From assembly GCA_016213945.1 (NCBI GenBank), contig JACQZF010000032.1:20324-84323 (forward strand): DNA of 64,000 bases, read 5' to 3'. Below are positions 55,615 to 63,715 of this stretch, in pieces. The DNA is from Nitrospirota bacterium (GTDB lineage: Bacteria; Nitrospirota; Thermodesulfovibrionia; UBA6902). The stretch's first letter is position 1; each line of letters starts with the position of its first letter. The notes under the pieces were generated by a model. That model was not told where the DNA came from, did not search any database, and was given only the letters and a program-made list of their open reading frames with translations. Made by a program: the position numbers and the translations under genes.

Positions 55615-56684
55615 ATAGCAGTTCTCAAATACAGTAATATTAGTGCAAGTCCAAAGCCAAGCAGAGAAGTAAGTTTAATAATTGAGATCGCATTCCCTGA
55701 AGCATTAAGGTACACCTGTTCTTTTACTTCTGACTTCTGACTTCTGACTTCTGACTTTTCTTCTCCGATGTACGGCTTCTCAACAAGAACGCCGCTGTAC
55801 ATTGAAGGCCCGCCGAGCCTTACTCCCAATGCTCCTGCCATTGCCGCCTCCGGGATCCCGCTGTTGGGGCTTAAATGTTTCCTGCCGTCACGCAGCGTAA
55901 TGCGTAATGCGTGATGCGTGATGCGTGATGCGTTCTCAGGATATTTAAATATTGTAATAATGAATGTCGCTATCACGATTAGCATCCCGGTAATCCTCGC
56001 CGGGATGTAATTGGCTATATCATCGAGTTTGGCGGACGCCCATCCGAAATTTATATATCTTTCATTCCTGTACCCGACCATTGAATCGAGGGTGTTGATT
56101 GCCTTGTACGCCATTGCCAGAGGCAGACCGCCGATTGCGAAATAAAACATCGGTGCGATGATTCCGTCAGAGGCGTTCTCTGAAAGAGTCTCGATGGTTG
56201 CCTTTAATATCCCTTTATCGTCTAATTGCTTTGTGTCCCTGCCCACGATCATGCTGAGCTTGTTTTTCGCTTCCTCTTCATTTCCGGTATTCAGGGAATC
56301 TATCACTGCGCGTCCTGATTTAATGAGATCGCGGGTCGCGATTGTGGTGGACGCAAGATACACAACAAATAAAAGCGCAAGATATGAAAACGGCTTCGGC
56401 AAATTCGGGCCCAAAAGCAATGAACTCAATAAATAAAACAATCCATAAGTCGAGCCGACAATAATAATCACAAGGAGAATTCCCATAAACTTGTCTTTCA
56501 GTCTGTGCTCTGTGTTCTGTGTTCTGTGTTCTGTGTTCTGTCTTCTGCCTTCTGTCTTTCTCAACACCCTCTCCATCCTCTCGATCGCCAGCCCGATGAA
56601 CCGCACCGGGTGCGGCAGCCAGCGCGGATCACCTATGATCAGGTCAAGGATATAAGCCGATGTCAATATGACCGGTTCTACCAT
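55611..56684 (-). CDS. cbiB: adenosylcobinamide-phosphate synthase
   Basis: GDPRWLPHPVRFIG, SPNSGIPEAAMAGALG. Three heptamer inserts. Confidence 0.85.
   Translation of the reverse strand: MVEPVILTSAYILDLIIGDPRWLPHPVRFIGLAIERMERVLRKTEGRRQNTEHRTQNTEHRLKDKFMGILLVIIIVGSTYGLFYLLSSLLLGPNLPKPFSYLALLFVVYLASTTIATRDLIKSGRAVIDSLNTGNEEEAKNKLSMIVGRDTKQLDDKGILKATIETLSENASDGIIAPMFYFAIGGLPLAMAYKAINTLDSMVGYRNERYINFGWASAKLDDIANYIPARITGMLIVIATFIITIFKYPENASRITHHALRITLRDGRKHLSPNSGIPEAAMAGALGVRLGGPSMYSGVLVEKPYIGEEKSEVRSQKSEVKEQVYLNASGNAISIIKLTSLLGFGLALILLYLRTAI
56501..56560. repeat. 7-bp tandem array (CTGTGTT/CTGTCTT type) inside cbiB
   Basis: gtctgtgctctgtgttctgtgttctgtgttctgtgttctgtcttctgccttctgtctttc is read on the minus strand as RKTEGRRQNTEHRTQNTEHR. 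Confidence 0.85.
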
Positions 56685-58399
56685 AGTGCACCCTTAATGA
56701 GGGGTTCCTTGCAGTATTCCATACCGAGCTGTCTCAGGATAAAACATATGTCCACGCTGTGTTTCAGGATATCAGCCCACTTGTTTATCGCTTCATCTCT
56801 AACAGCCTGATAATTAAATCCCGCCTGCTGAAGCGGCAGGCCTTTTTCCTTCCTGAGCGAATTCAGTAAGGCGGTCCTGAAATCATCATTGTCAAATACG
56901 CCGTGTAGGTACGTTCCCCAGACGTTGTCTTTCAATGAGCCATCGAGGATCTCAAATCCCCCCTTGCCCCCCTTTTCTAAAGGGGGGATGGGGGGATTTT
57001 CCGTGTTCTTGAATCTATTCAGTTTAAACAACCCGGTATCTCCCGTAGTCTCTCCCACATGAATTTCATAACCTCTGAGAAAATTATTTCCATAACTCTT
57101 AACTCCCAACTCTACACGCTCAACTAACTCCGCTTCCACCTGACATGTCGTCTTTGTTTTATTAAGTGTAGTAACAATATCAAGCAGTCCCATCCCGTCC
57201 ACCTCTTTCATGGTGCTTTCAACGCCGTATGGGTCGAATATTTTTTTGCCTAACATCTGATAACCACCACATACGCCGACAAGATGGACGCCTTTGTTGA
57301 CGGCAGCCTTCACGCAATCTTCCATTCCGCTTTCTCTTAATAACAGCAGATCGCTTACCGTGTTCTTGGAGCCGGGGATAATTATTACATCAGCGCTCAT
57401 GATGTCATCTTCCCACAGGGAATATTTAAGCTCGACATCAGGCTCGTGCAAAAACGGGGCAAAGTCGGTAAAGTTTGAAATATATTTCAATCGCAAAACT
57501 ACAATCTTGATTGTTTTAAACGCCGAACGCTGAACGCTGAACGCTGAATTTCTTTCGAGCGACAATCCGTCTTCCTCGTCAAGGTTCATATCTTTCTGAT
57601 AATTCAGCACGCCGATCACCGGCTTGCCTGTTTTGTCCTCTATCATCCTCAGCCCCGGACGCAGTATGTCTATATTGCCCCGGAATTTATTTACGATAAA
57701 CGCTTTGATGAAGTCTGCGTCAGATAATCCCCCTATATCCCCCTTTTTCAAAGGGGGACTTTCTTCCCCTCTATCAAGAGGGGTTAGGTGTGTGTTCCCC
57801 CCTTTGTCAAAGGGGGGTGGGGGGGGATTTTTCAACAACTCCACTGTCCCGTAAAAAGACGCAAACACTCCGCCCCTGTCGATGTCGCCGACAAGGACCA
57901 CAGGCGCGTCTGTATAACGCGCCACTCTCATGTTCACAACTTCTTCCTTTTGAAGATTGATCTCAGCGGGACTGCCCGCGCCTTCTATAACAATAAGATC
58001 GTATTGTTGAGAAAGCCTGTCATACGCTGCGGTAATTACATCCCATACTTTATCCTTGATCGCATAATATTCTTCCGCTTTCATTGTCTCATACACTTTG
58101 CCGTTCAGTATCACCTGGCATCCAGCCTCGCCGGTCGCCTTGAGGAGCACCGGGTTCATGTCATTGGATGGCTCAACTCCCGCGGCCTCTGCCTGAAACG
58201 CCTGCGCCCTCCCTATTTCGCCGCCTTGTTTTGTGATGAAGGAATTCAGCGCCATGTTCTGCGCCTTAAACGGCGCGACCCTGATGCCCATATCTCTGAA
58301 TATCCTGCACAGGCCCGCGACAATAACGCTCTTGCCCGCGCCTGAACCTGTACCCTGTATCATCAATGCCTTTGCCATGTTCTTTTTTGTCATGAACAT
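56678..58399 (-). CDS. cobQ: cobyric acid synthase
   Basis: MIQGTGSGAGKS, FKAQNMALNS, C-terminal GATase GVCGGYQMLG. 573 aa with several palindromic and heptamer inserts. Confidence 0.85.
   Translation of the reverse strand: MFMTKKNMAKALMIQGTGSGAGKSVIVAGLCRIFRDMGIRVAPFKAQNMALNSFITKQGGEIGRAQAFQAEAAGVEPSNDMNPVLLKATGEAGCQVILNGKVYETMKAEEYYAIKDKVWDVITAAYDRLSQQYDLIVIEGAGSPAEINLQKEEVVNMRVARYTDAPVVLVGDIDRGGVFASFYGTVELLKNPPPPPFDKGGNTHLTPLDRGEESPPLKKGDIGGLSDADFIKAFIVNKFRGNIDILRPGLRMIEDKTGKPVIGVLNYQKDMNLDEEDGLSLERNSAFSVQRSAFKTIKIVVLRLKYISNFTDFAPFLHEPDVELKYSLWEDDIMSADVIIIPGSKNTVSDLLLLRESGMEDCVKAAVNKGVHLVGVCGGYQMLGKKIFDPYGVESTMKEVDGMGLLDIVTTLNKTKTTCQVEAELVERVELGVKSYGNNFLRGYEIHVGETTGDTGLFKLNRFKNTENPPIPPLEKGGKGGFEILDGSLKDNVWGTYLHGVFDNDDFRTALLNSLRKEKGLPLQQAGFNYQAVRDEAINKWADILKHSVDICFILRQLGMEYCKEPLIKGALW
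57726..57832. repeat. three consecutive nested G/C palindromic elements inside cobQ
   Basis: aatccccctatatccccctttttcaaaggggga / cttcccctctatcaagagggg / ttcccccctttgtcaaaggggggtggggggggattttt. Read as PPPPFDKGGNTHLTPLDRGEESPPLKKGDIGG. Confidence 0.85.
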
Positions 58400-58405
58400 A
58401 AAAAT

Positions 58406-58483
58406 GTCATTCCGGCTTGTCCGGAATCAAGATTCCCGATGCGCGGAGCCTGTCCCGACTTGTTCGGGGCTTACGGGAATGAC
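58406..58483. repeat. GTCATTCC...GGAATGAC MITE-like element
   Basis: gtcattccggcttgtccggaatc...gattcccgat...cgggaatgac. Confidence 0.75.
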
Positions 58484-59175
58484 AGATTATTGCTTCCTCC
58501 ATTAATCAATTTTACAACGGGATACTTGTCCCATATCTCTATAACATTCAAACATCCGTAATCCTGTTCGACCCTGAAAATATTCTCAAGCGGGACACCT
58601 AACAATTCGCAGAGTATTACCCTGTTTATTCCCCCGTGTGCGATTATGGCAATATTGTCAAATCCCCCCATCCCCCCTTTTCTAAAGGGGGGCGAGAGGG
58701 GATTATTTTTGTTCTGTCTTAAAATCTTCTCCAACGCAATCACCGCCCTCTCCCTTACCTCAATCGTGCTCTCCCCGCCCATCGGGCTGAACTTCAGGGG
58801 ATTGTCTGCCCACGCATTAAAGGCATCAGGCCATTTCTCTTTTATCTCATCAAAGGACATGCCCTCCCAGATGCCGAAGTTGCGCTCTCTCAGCTCAGGC
58901 ATTATGGCTGGTTTTAATCCATGCGGCCCCGCAATGATCTCCGCGCTTTTTATCGCACGTGAAAGGTCGGAGCAGTAGACAGCGGTGATTCTTGTCTTTG
59001 TAGGGGCGGGTTTTAAACCCGCCCCTACACTGCCATCCTGCACAATATGTTCTGCTACCCTCTTCATCTGTTCAACTCCGTGCTCCGACAGCGGAACATC
59101 TATATGCCCTTTGTAGCGTCTGACCTCCGCGCCCTCTGTTTCACCGTGCCGGATTAAATAAATTTTTGTGAACAT
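58471..59175 (-). CDS. cobC: alpha-ribazole phosphatase (histidine phosphatase family)
   Basis: Start chosen at MFTKIYLIRHGETEG (RHG motif). Position between cobS and cobQ. Two in-frame palindromic inserts. Confidence 0.75.
   Translation of the reverse strand: MFTKIYLIRHGETEGAEVRRYKGHIDVPLSEHGVEQMKRVAEHIVQDGSVGAGLKPAPTKTRITAVYCSDLSRAIKSAEIIAGPHGLKPAIMPELRERNFGIWEGMSFDEIKEKWPDAFNAWADNPLKFSPMGGESTIEVRERAVIALEKILRQNKNNPLSPPFRKGGMGGFDNIAIIAHGGINRVILCELLGVPLENIFRVEQDYGCLNVIEIWDKYPVVKLINGGSNNLSFP
59000..59028. repeat. GGGGCGGGTTTTAAACCCGCCCC palindrome inside cobC (read as GAGLKPAPT)
   Basis: gtaggggcgggttttaaacccgcccctac. Confidence 0.85.
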
Positions 59176-60008
59176 ATGATCACCGTCATTAAAAACAATA
59201 GTTCCGACATCTCGGCAACCGCGCCAAATGTATCGCCTGTCATGCCGCCAAAGTTTTTGTTTGAAAACCAAACCGCGATAATGCAGAAAATATACAGCAC
59301 GGGCAACACCGGCGCAAAGGCGGACAACTGGAAAGATGAATTCAGCATTCCATTGCTGACAACTAATGCGGCGCTTAGTACAATCAAAGCTGATAGTGTC
59401 GCAATCACTAACTCCTTTATCCCTGTGTTCTCAATAAATATTTTTCCGAGCCCGTCCTGTCTCGCTGATTTGCAATGAAAGATCGCAGGCACCATCGCCC
59501 ATCTTGAAAAAACAGGCATCAGAAACAGTGACGAGTAATAAGTGACGAGTGACGGGTGAGAAAATAAGGCATTCAGTGAAAGGTATTTCAGCAAAATGAC
59601 AAGGACTATCGCTATGACGCCAAATGGCCCGACCGTGCTGTCTTTCATGATCGCCAGTTTCTTTTCCCTGGTCCCTCTTGATGCGATCGCGTCAAACGTG
59701 TCCGCAAGACCGTCAAGATGGAGCCCCCCGGTAGTTATCACAATTACAAGGACGACCAGTCCATTCGCCAATTCAACAGGGAAAATTTTCAGGAACAACG
59801 CTGCCGAGATTGAGAACAACGCCCCCTGTACCGCCCCGGCAACCGGAAAGAATGCGGAAGCGCCCCCGATCTCTTTTTCAGAGACATCCCTCATCTCTTT
59901 CAAGGGGATGATCGTCAGAAAATGGAATGCGAGCAGGAAACGGGTGACGGGTGACGAGTGACGGGTGACGAGCGGTCCCTCTAACGGCATGTTTTTCTTT
60001 CTGTCCAT
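59154..60008 (-). CDS. cobS: adenosylcobinamide-GDP ribazoletransferase (cobalamin synthase)
   Basis: FLTIIPL..., HLDGLADTFDA motif, multi-TM. Start uncertain (M24 or M30 of the track ORF). Confidence 0.8.
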   Translation of the reverse strand: MDRKKNMPLEGPLVTRHSSPVTRFLLAFHFLTIIPLKEMRDVSEKEIGGASAFFPVAGAVQGALFSISAALFLKIFPVELANGLVVLVIVITTGGLHLDGLADTFDAIASRGTREKKLAIMKDSTVGPFGVIAIVLVILLKYLSLNALFSHPSLVTYYSSLFLMPVFSRWAMVPAIFHCKSARQDGLGKIFIENTGIKELVIATLSALIVLSAALVVSNGMLNSSFQLSAFAPVLPVLYIFCIIAVWFSNKNFGGMTGDTFGAVAEMSELLFLMTVIICSQKFI

Positions 60009-60077
60009 AATGTTTATCTCTGCTGGACGTACGCAAACGCCCAGCCGTACTGGCGGGTTTAAAACCCGCCCCTGCAA

Positions 60078-61160
60078 TTAATCCTTTTCAGAAACCCCGG
60101 CCTCGCCGAACGTTGCCATCTCTTTATAAATTTTAGTCCCTGCTTCGATGACGAACATTGCCAGGGCGGCCCCTGTCCCTTCTCCGAGCCTCAGATCAAG
60201 GTCAAGGATGGGCCGTAAGCCGATCTTCTCAAGCATTGCCTTGTGTCCCACTTCCTGAGACATGTGGGCCGCGAACATGTAGTCTTTTGTGTTCGGTTCA
60301 ATCGTGTAGGCGATAAGCGCGCCGGCAGTTGAGATAAAACCGTCAACTACAACAGGTATCCTGTTGGCCGCTGCCCCGATGATCAATCCCGCAATGCCCG
60401 CGATCTCCGCGCCGCCTATCTTTGAAAGCACATCAAAGGCGTCGGAAGGATTTGGCCTGTTCAAGGCAATCGAGTCTTTGATCACCTGCACTTTGTGTTT
60501 CCATGTATCGTCATTTATCCCTGTCCCCCTGCCTGTGATCTCTTCAACTGATTTACCTGTAAGCACTGCTGCGATTGCGCTTGAAGGTGTTGTGTTTGCA
60601 ATGCCCATGTCTCCGGTCCCGAATATTTTGTATCCCTTTTTTGCGTATTCGTTTGCCAGCTCTATCCCGACCTGAATGCACTTAGCAGTTTCATCTTTTG
60701 TCATGGCCGGACCTTTTCTCATGTTCTTTGTGCCTGAAACAACTTTACGCGAGATAAAATATCCTCCTGTTCCGGTAGGGGCGGGTTTTAAACCCGCCCC
60801 TGCAAAATCATAATCAACTCCGATATCTACAACCACCACATCCGCTCCAGCGTGTCTCGCAAGCACGTTAATACCCGCGCCGCCATTCAGGAAATTCAAA
60901 ACCATCTGCGGCGTCACCGCCTTTGGAAATGCCGACACGCCTTCATCCGCAACTCCGTGGTCTCCTGCGAAGGTGAAGACTACTTTTTTATCAAGCGCGG
61001 GCATGGCGGTTTCGGTGATTGAAACAACCTGTTTTGCAAACTCCTCAAGCCTGCCGAGACTGCCCTGCGGCTTTGTAAGATTGTCCAGACGCTTCTGTGC
61101 CTGATCGATGAACTTTCCATTAACATGCGATATTCCTGATAACAATGAGCTCAAATCCAT
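60078..61160 (-). CDS. cobT: nicotinate-nucleotide--dimethylbenzimidazole phosphoribosyltransferase
   Basis: [38 protein letters not shown]. Palindrome insert 60776-60804 is read as GAGLKPAPT. Confidence 0.85.
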   Translation of the reverse strand: MDLSSLLSGISHVNGKFIDQAQKRLDNLTKPQGSLGRLEEFAKQVVSITETAMPALDKKVVFTFAGDHGVADEGVSAFPKAVTPQMVLNFLNGGAGINVLARHAGADVVVVDIGVDYDFAGAGLKPAPTGTGGYFISRKVVSGTKNMRKGPAMTKDETAKCIQVGIELANEYAKKGYKIFGTGDMGIANTTPSSAIAAVLTGKSVEEITGRGTGINDDTWKHKVQVIKDSIALNRPNPSDAFDVLSKIGGAEIAGIAGLIIGAAANRIPVVVDGFISTAGALIAYTIEPNTKDYMFAAHMSQEVGHKAMLEKIGLRPILDLDLRLGEGTGAALAMFVIEAGTKIYKEMATFGEAGVSEKD

Positions 61161-61200
61161 AAATCCTCCAATAATTAATTTTAGGTTGCTTTATTGAGAC

Positions 61201-61268
61201 GTCATTCCGGCTTGTCCGGAATCCCTCCCGAAGAAAGATTCCCGACGCGCTTCGCTTGCGTGAATGAC
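61201..61268. repeat. GTCATTCC...TGAATGAC MITE-like element
   Basis: gtcattccggcttgtccggaatc...gattcccgacgcgcttcgcttgcgtgaatgac. Confidence 0.75.
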
Positions 61269-61316
61269 CAAAGAAAACAGCTCATGCTGGTTTAGTAATG
61301 TTGTATTTTTCATTTT

Positions 61317-61880
61317 TCACTTTTCACTTTTTATTTTAATTGGTATCCCGGCGGTGACCAGATACACTTCATCTGCTGTCTCTGCTATTTTCTGATTCAG
61401 CATCCCCGCCAAATCCCTGAACCGCCTCGCCATCTCGTTTTCCGGCACAATCCCCATACCGACTTCGTTGGAGACGATGAAAATGCGTGATACGTTATGC
61501 GTAATGTGTAACGGATGATTTATTTTTTGTAATGTTTCAAATAATATTCCGATGTCTTTATCTTCAGTCTGTGTTCTGTATTCTGTGTTCTGTATTCTGA
61601 TCATTAAATTCGATACCCAAAGCGTCAGACAATCGAGAATGATGACCCCGTATTTACTGCTTATCTCTGAGATCAAATCAGCAACATTCAAAGGCTCTTC
61701 AAACGTGTCCCAGTCAGCGCCGCGCCCGTCTTTGTGTTTCCTGATGCGTTCCTTCATCTCATCATCAAGCGCCTGAGCGGTTGCGATATACGCCTTCGGC
61801 CCTGAAATTTTTTCAGCCTCTTTCATAGCAAAAGAACTCTTGCCGCTTCTCGCGCCGCCTATGACGAATGTTATTTTCAT
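61317..61880 (-). CDS. cobU: bifunctional adenosylcobinamide kinase / cobinamide-phosphate guanylyltransferase
   Basis: P-loop GGARSGKS, IILDCLTLW, VSNEVG. Heptamer insert is read as IRIQNTEYRTQTED. Confidence 0.85.
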   Translation of the reverse strand: MKITFVIGGARSGKSSFAMKEAEKISGPKAYIATAQALDDEMKERIRKHKDGRGADWDTFEEPLNVADLISEISSKYGVIILDCLTLWVSNLMIRIQNTEYRTQTEDKDIGILFETLQKINHPLHITHNVSRIFIVSNEVGMGIVPENEMARRFRDLAGMLNQKIAETADEVYLVTAGIPIKIKSEK

Positions 61881-61900
61881 AAACTAATTTCATCCACAGA

Positions 61901-61941
61901 ATAAAAATAAAAACCCCGGCCTTCGATAAGAAAGCCGGGGG
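61901..61941 (-). terminator. riboswitch expression-platform terminator
   Basis: Minus strand cccccggc-tttcttatcgaag-gccgggg followed by tttttattttta. Confidence 0.7.
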
Positions 61942-62180
61942 ATAAAAGCCAAGACCTTTACCCTCACAACCTCGTACCACGAAGGCTTCTTGTGAGGCTC
62001 TGCTCAGGCCGGTCTTCTGGCTCTCCCGATCTCTACCTGCCTTCCCTGTCTATTCAACAAGTGGCATACCGTCGTAGAGATGTGACTTCCGAAAAGTGGA
62101 AATCGGGATTACAGCGGCGGGTCCGCTCCCGTATCTCACGGGATTCCCCATTAAGCCCATTCGGGCGCCTGAACAATATG
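61942..62180 (-). ncRNA. cobalamin (B12) riboswitch
   Basis: Minus strand contains GGGAAUCCCGUGAGAUACGGGAGCGGACCCGCCGCUGUAA, GCCACU...GGGAAGGC and the B12 box AGCCAGAAGACCGGCC. Directly upstream of cobU. Confidence 0.85.
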
Positions 62181-62254
62181 TGCATGAATTATAACTTATT
62201 GGCTTTGTATTAAGTCAAGGACGTTTACTGCAAGGGGACTATAAAGGGCCGCGC

Positions 62255-62977
62255 TTACATCAGGATTTTATTTAACTCGGCAGTATATTCAGTGCCTTCT
62301 TCGTAGAGATAAACGGGCGGGGCGATCTTAAGCCAGGCGCCTGAACCTTTTACCGCTTCGATCAGGACCATCTTGGCCTCTTCTCCAATCCTGGAATGAA
62401 CAAACCTCATCCTCTTAGGCTCAAGCCGCGATTGTTGAAGGAGGCTTGTTAATTCTGCAAGCCTGAATGGATGGTAGATCATGAAAAACTTGCCTGAATG
62501 TTTCAGCAGATAAGAGGCTGTGTTGATCAAATCAGGCAATGTTATCTCTATCTCATGTCTTGCAACCGCGCGTTCCTCGTAAATGCTCAAACGTCCGGTC
62601 CTGGTTTTCCTGAAAGGAGGGTTTGAAAAAACAAAATCAAATTTATTGGCAGGGAAAACTTCCTTTAGCGCCCTCATGTCTTTTTCGATTATCTCAACCC
62701 TGCCGTCCAAATCATTTAAACTCACGTTTCTCCTTGCGCGTTCAGCGAGTTTCTTTTGAATTTCAACGGCAGTTACATACACCTGCTTCAGCCTCTTTGC
62801 AAGGAGAATGGATATGACGCCGGAGCCTGCGCCAAGCTCAACGCCCTTTTCGAGGCGTTTCGCTGAAATAAAATTTTCAAGCAGCACAGCGTCTATGCTG
62901 AAGCGGTAGCCGTCTATTGCCTGAAACAGCTTGATGTTTTTTATGCTGTCGAGTGTTTCGTTGTGTTCTGGTTTCAA
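62255..62977 (-). CDS. N6-adenine-type methyltransferase, TrmN6/YfiC-like
   Basis: SAM motif VELGAGSGVISILLA and catalytic NPPF (FSNPPFRK). Confidence 0.6.
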   Translation of the reverse strand: MKPEHNETLDSIKNIKLFQAIDGYRFSIDAVLLENFISAKRLEKGVELGAGSGVISILLAKRLKQVYVTAVEIQKKLAERARRNVSLNDLDGRVEIIEKDMRALKEVFPANKFDFVFSNPPFRKTRTGRLSIYEERAVARHEIEITLPDLINTASYLLKHSGKFFMIYHPFRLAELTSLLQQSRLEPKRMRFVHSRIGEEAKMVLIEAVKGSGAWLKIAPPVYLYEEGTEYTAELNKILM

Positions 62978-63053
62978 AAAATCCCCCTTTCTCCCCCTTT
63001 TTCAAAGGGGGAACCAGTTCCCCTCTTTGGCAAAGAGGGGTGAGGGGAGATTT
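62976..63053. repeat. two adjacent nested G/C palindromic elements (intergenic)
   Basis: aaaaaatccccctttctccccctttttcaaaggggga / gttcccctctttggcaaagaggggtgaggggagatttt. Confidence 0.8.
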
Positions 63054-63064
63054 TATAAAGATGA

Positions 63065-63715
63065 TTACATCGATTCATTGGTTTGCGGGAAAATATCCAG
63101 TAACCTGTCAAAGCTGTCGATTACGAAATCGGCGTCCTTTAAAATTTCTCTCTTGCGAAAACCGTATGTCACTGCAATGGTCTTTATCCCTGCGGCCTTA
63201 CCTGCTTCAATATCATAGTTGCTGTCACCGATGATTGCAGTTTCTTCCGGTAAGACACTGAACATATTCATCAAATCAAATATCGGGACCGGCGACGGCT
63301 TCATTTCTCGAACACTATCACTACCCCAGACAACGTCAAAGTACTGTAAAAGTCCGACTCCTCTCAGAACCTCTTTTGACAGAGCCTCTCTTTTGTTCGA
63401 CACCACTGCTTTCCTATAATTACCCAATTGCTGCATGGTCTCTTTCACGTGCGGATATGCCACTGTATTGTCAACCACATGCTCCGAGTAATATCCGATG
63501 AACCTGTCTGTAACAAGCTGCCTGGAACTCTCGTCTTTTACAGGAAGCAGAGACACCAGCAGTTTTGATATGCCGGAGCCGACCATAGCCTTGGTCTCTT
63601 CGACGGAATAAACTTTGTTGCCGAATGGTTTAAGGGCAAAATTCAGCGCATCGGCAATGTCCTGTGCCGTGTCAGCAAGGGTTCCGTCAAGGTCGAATAT
63701 AAGCAGCTTAAGCAT
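63065..63715 (-). CDS. HAD-superfamily hydrolase (phosphoglycolate phosphatase-like)
   Basis: Start chosen at MLKLLIFDLDGTLADT (DxDGT motif). VSNK, GDSNYDIEAGKAAG. Confidence 0.75.
   Translation of the reverse strand: MLKLLIFDLDGTLADTAQDIADALNFALKPFGNKVYSVEETKAMVGSGISKLLVSLLPVKDESSRQLVTDRFIGYYSEHVVDNTVAYPHVKETMQQLGNYRKAVVSNKREALSKEVLRGVGLLQYFDVVWGSDSVREMKPSPVPIFDLMNMFSVLPEETAIIGDSNYDIEAGKAAGIKTIAVTYGFRKREILKDADFVIDSFDRLLDIFPQTNESM

Noticed and set aside
401-61600. In-frame inserts considered as inteins, introns or assembly artefacts
   Set aside because: The inserts are only 7-35 codons and have no intein or splicing motifs. They belong to recognisable DNA repeat families also found intergenically. 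Artefact cannot be fully excluded without reads, but consistent frame preservation argues against it.
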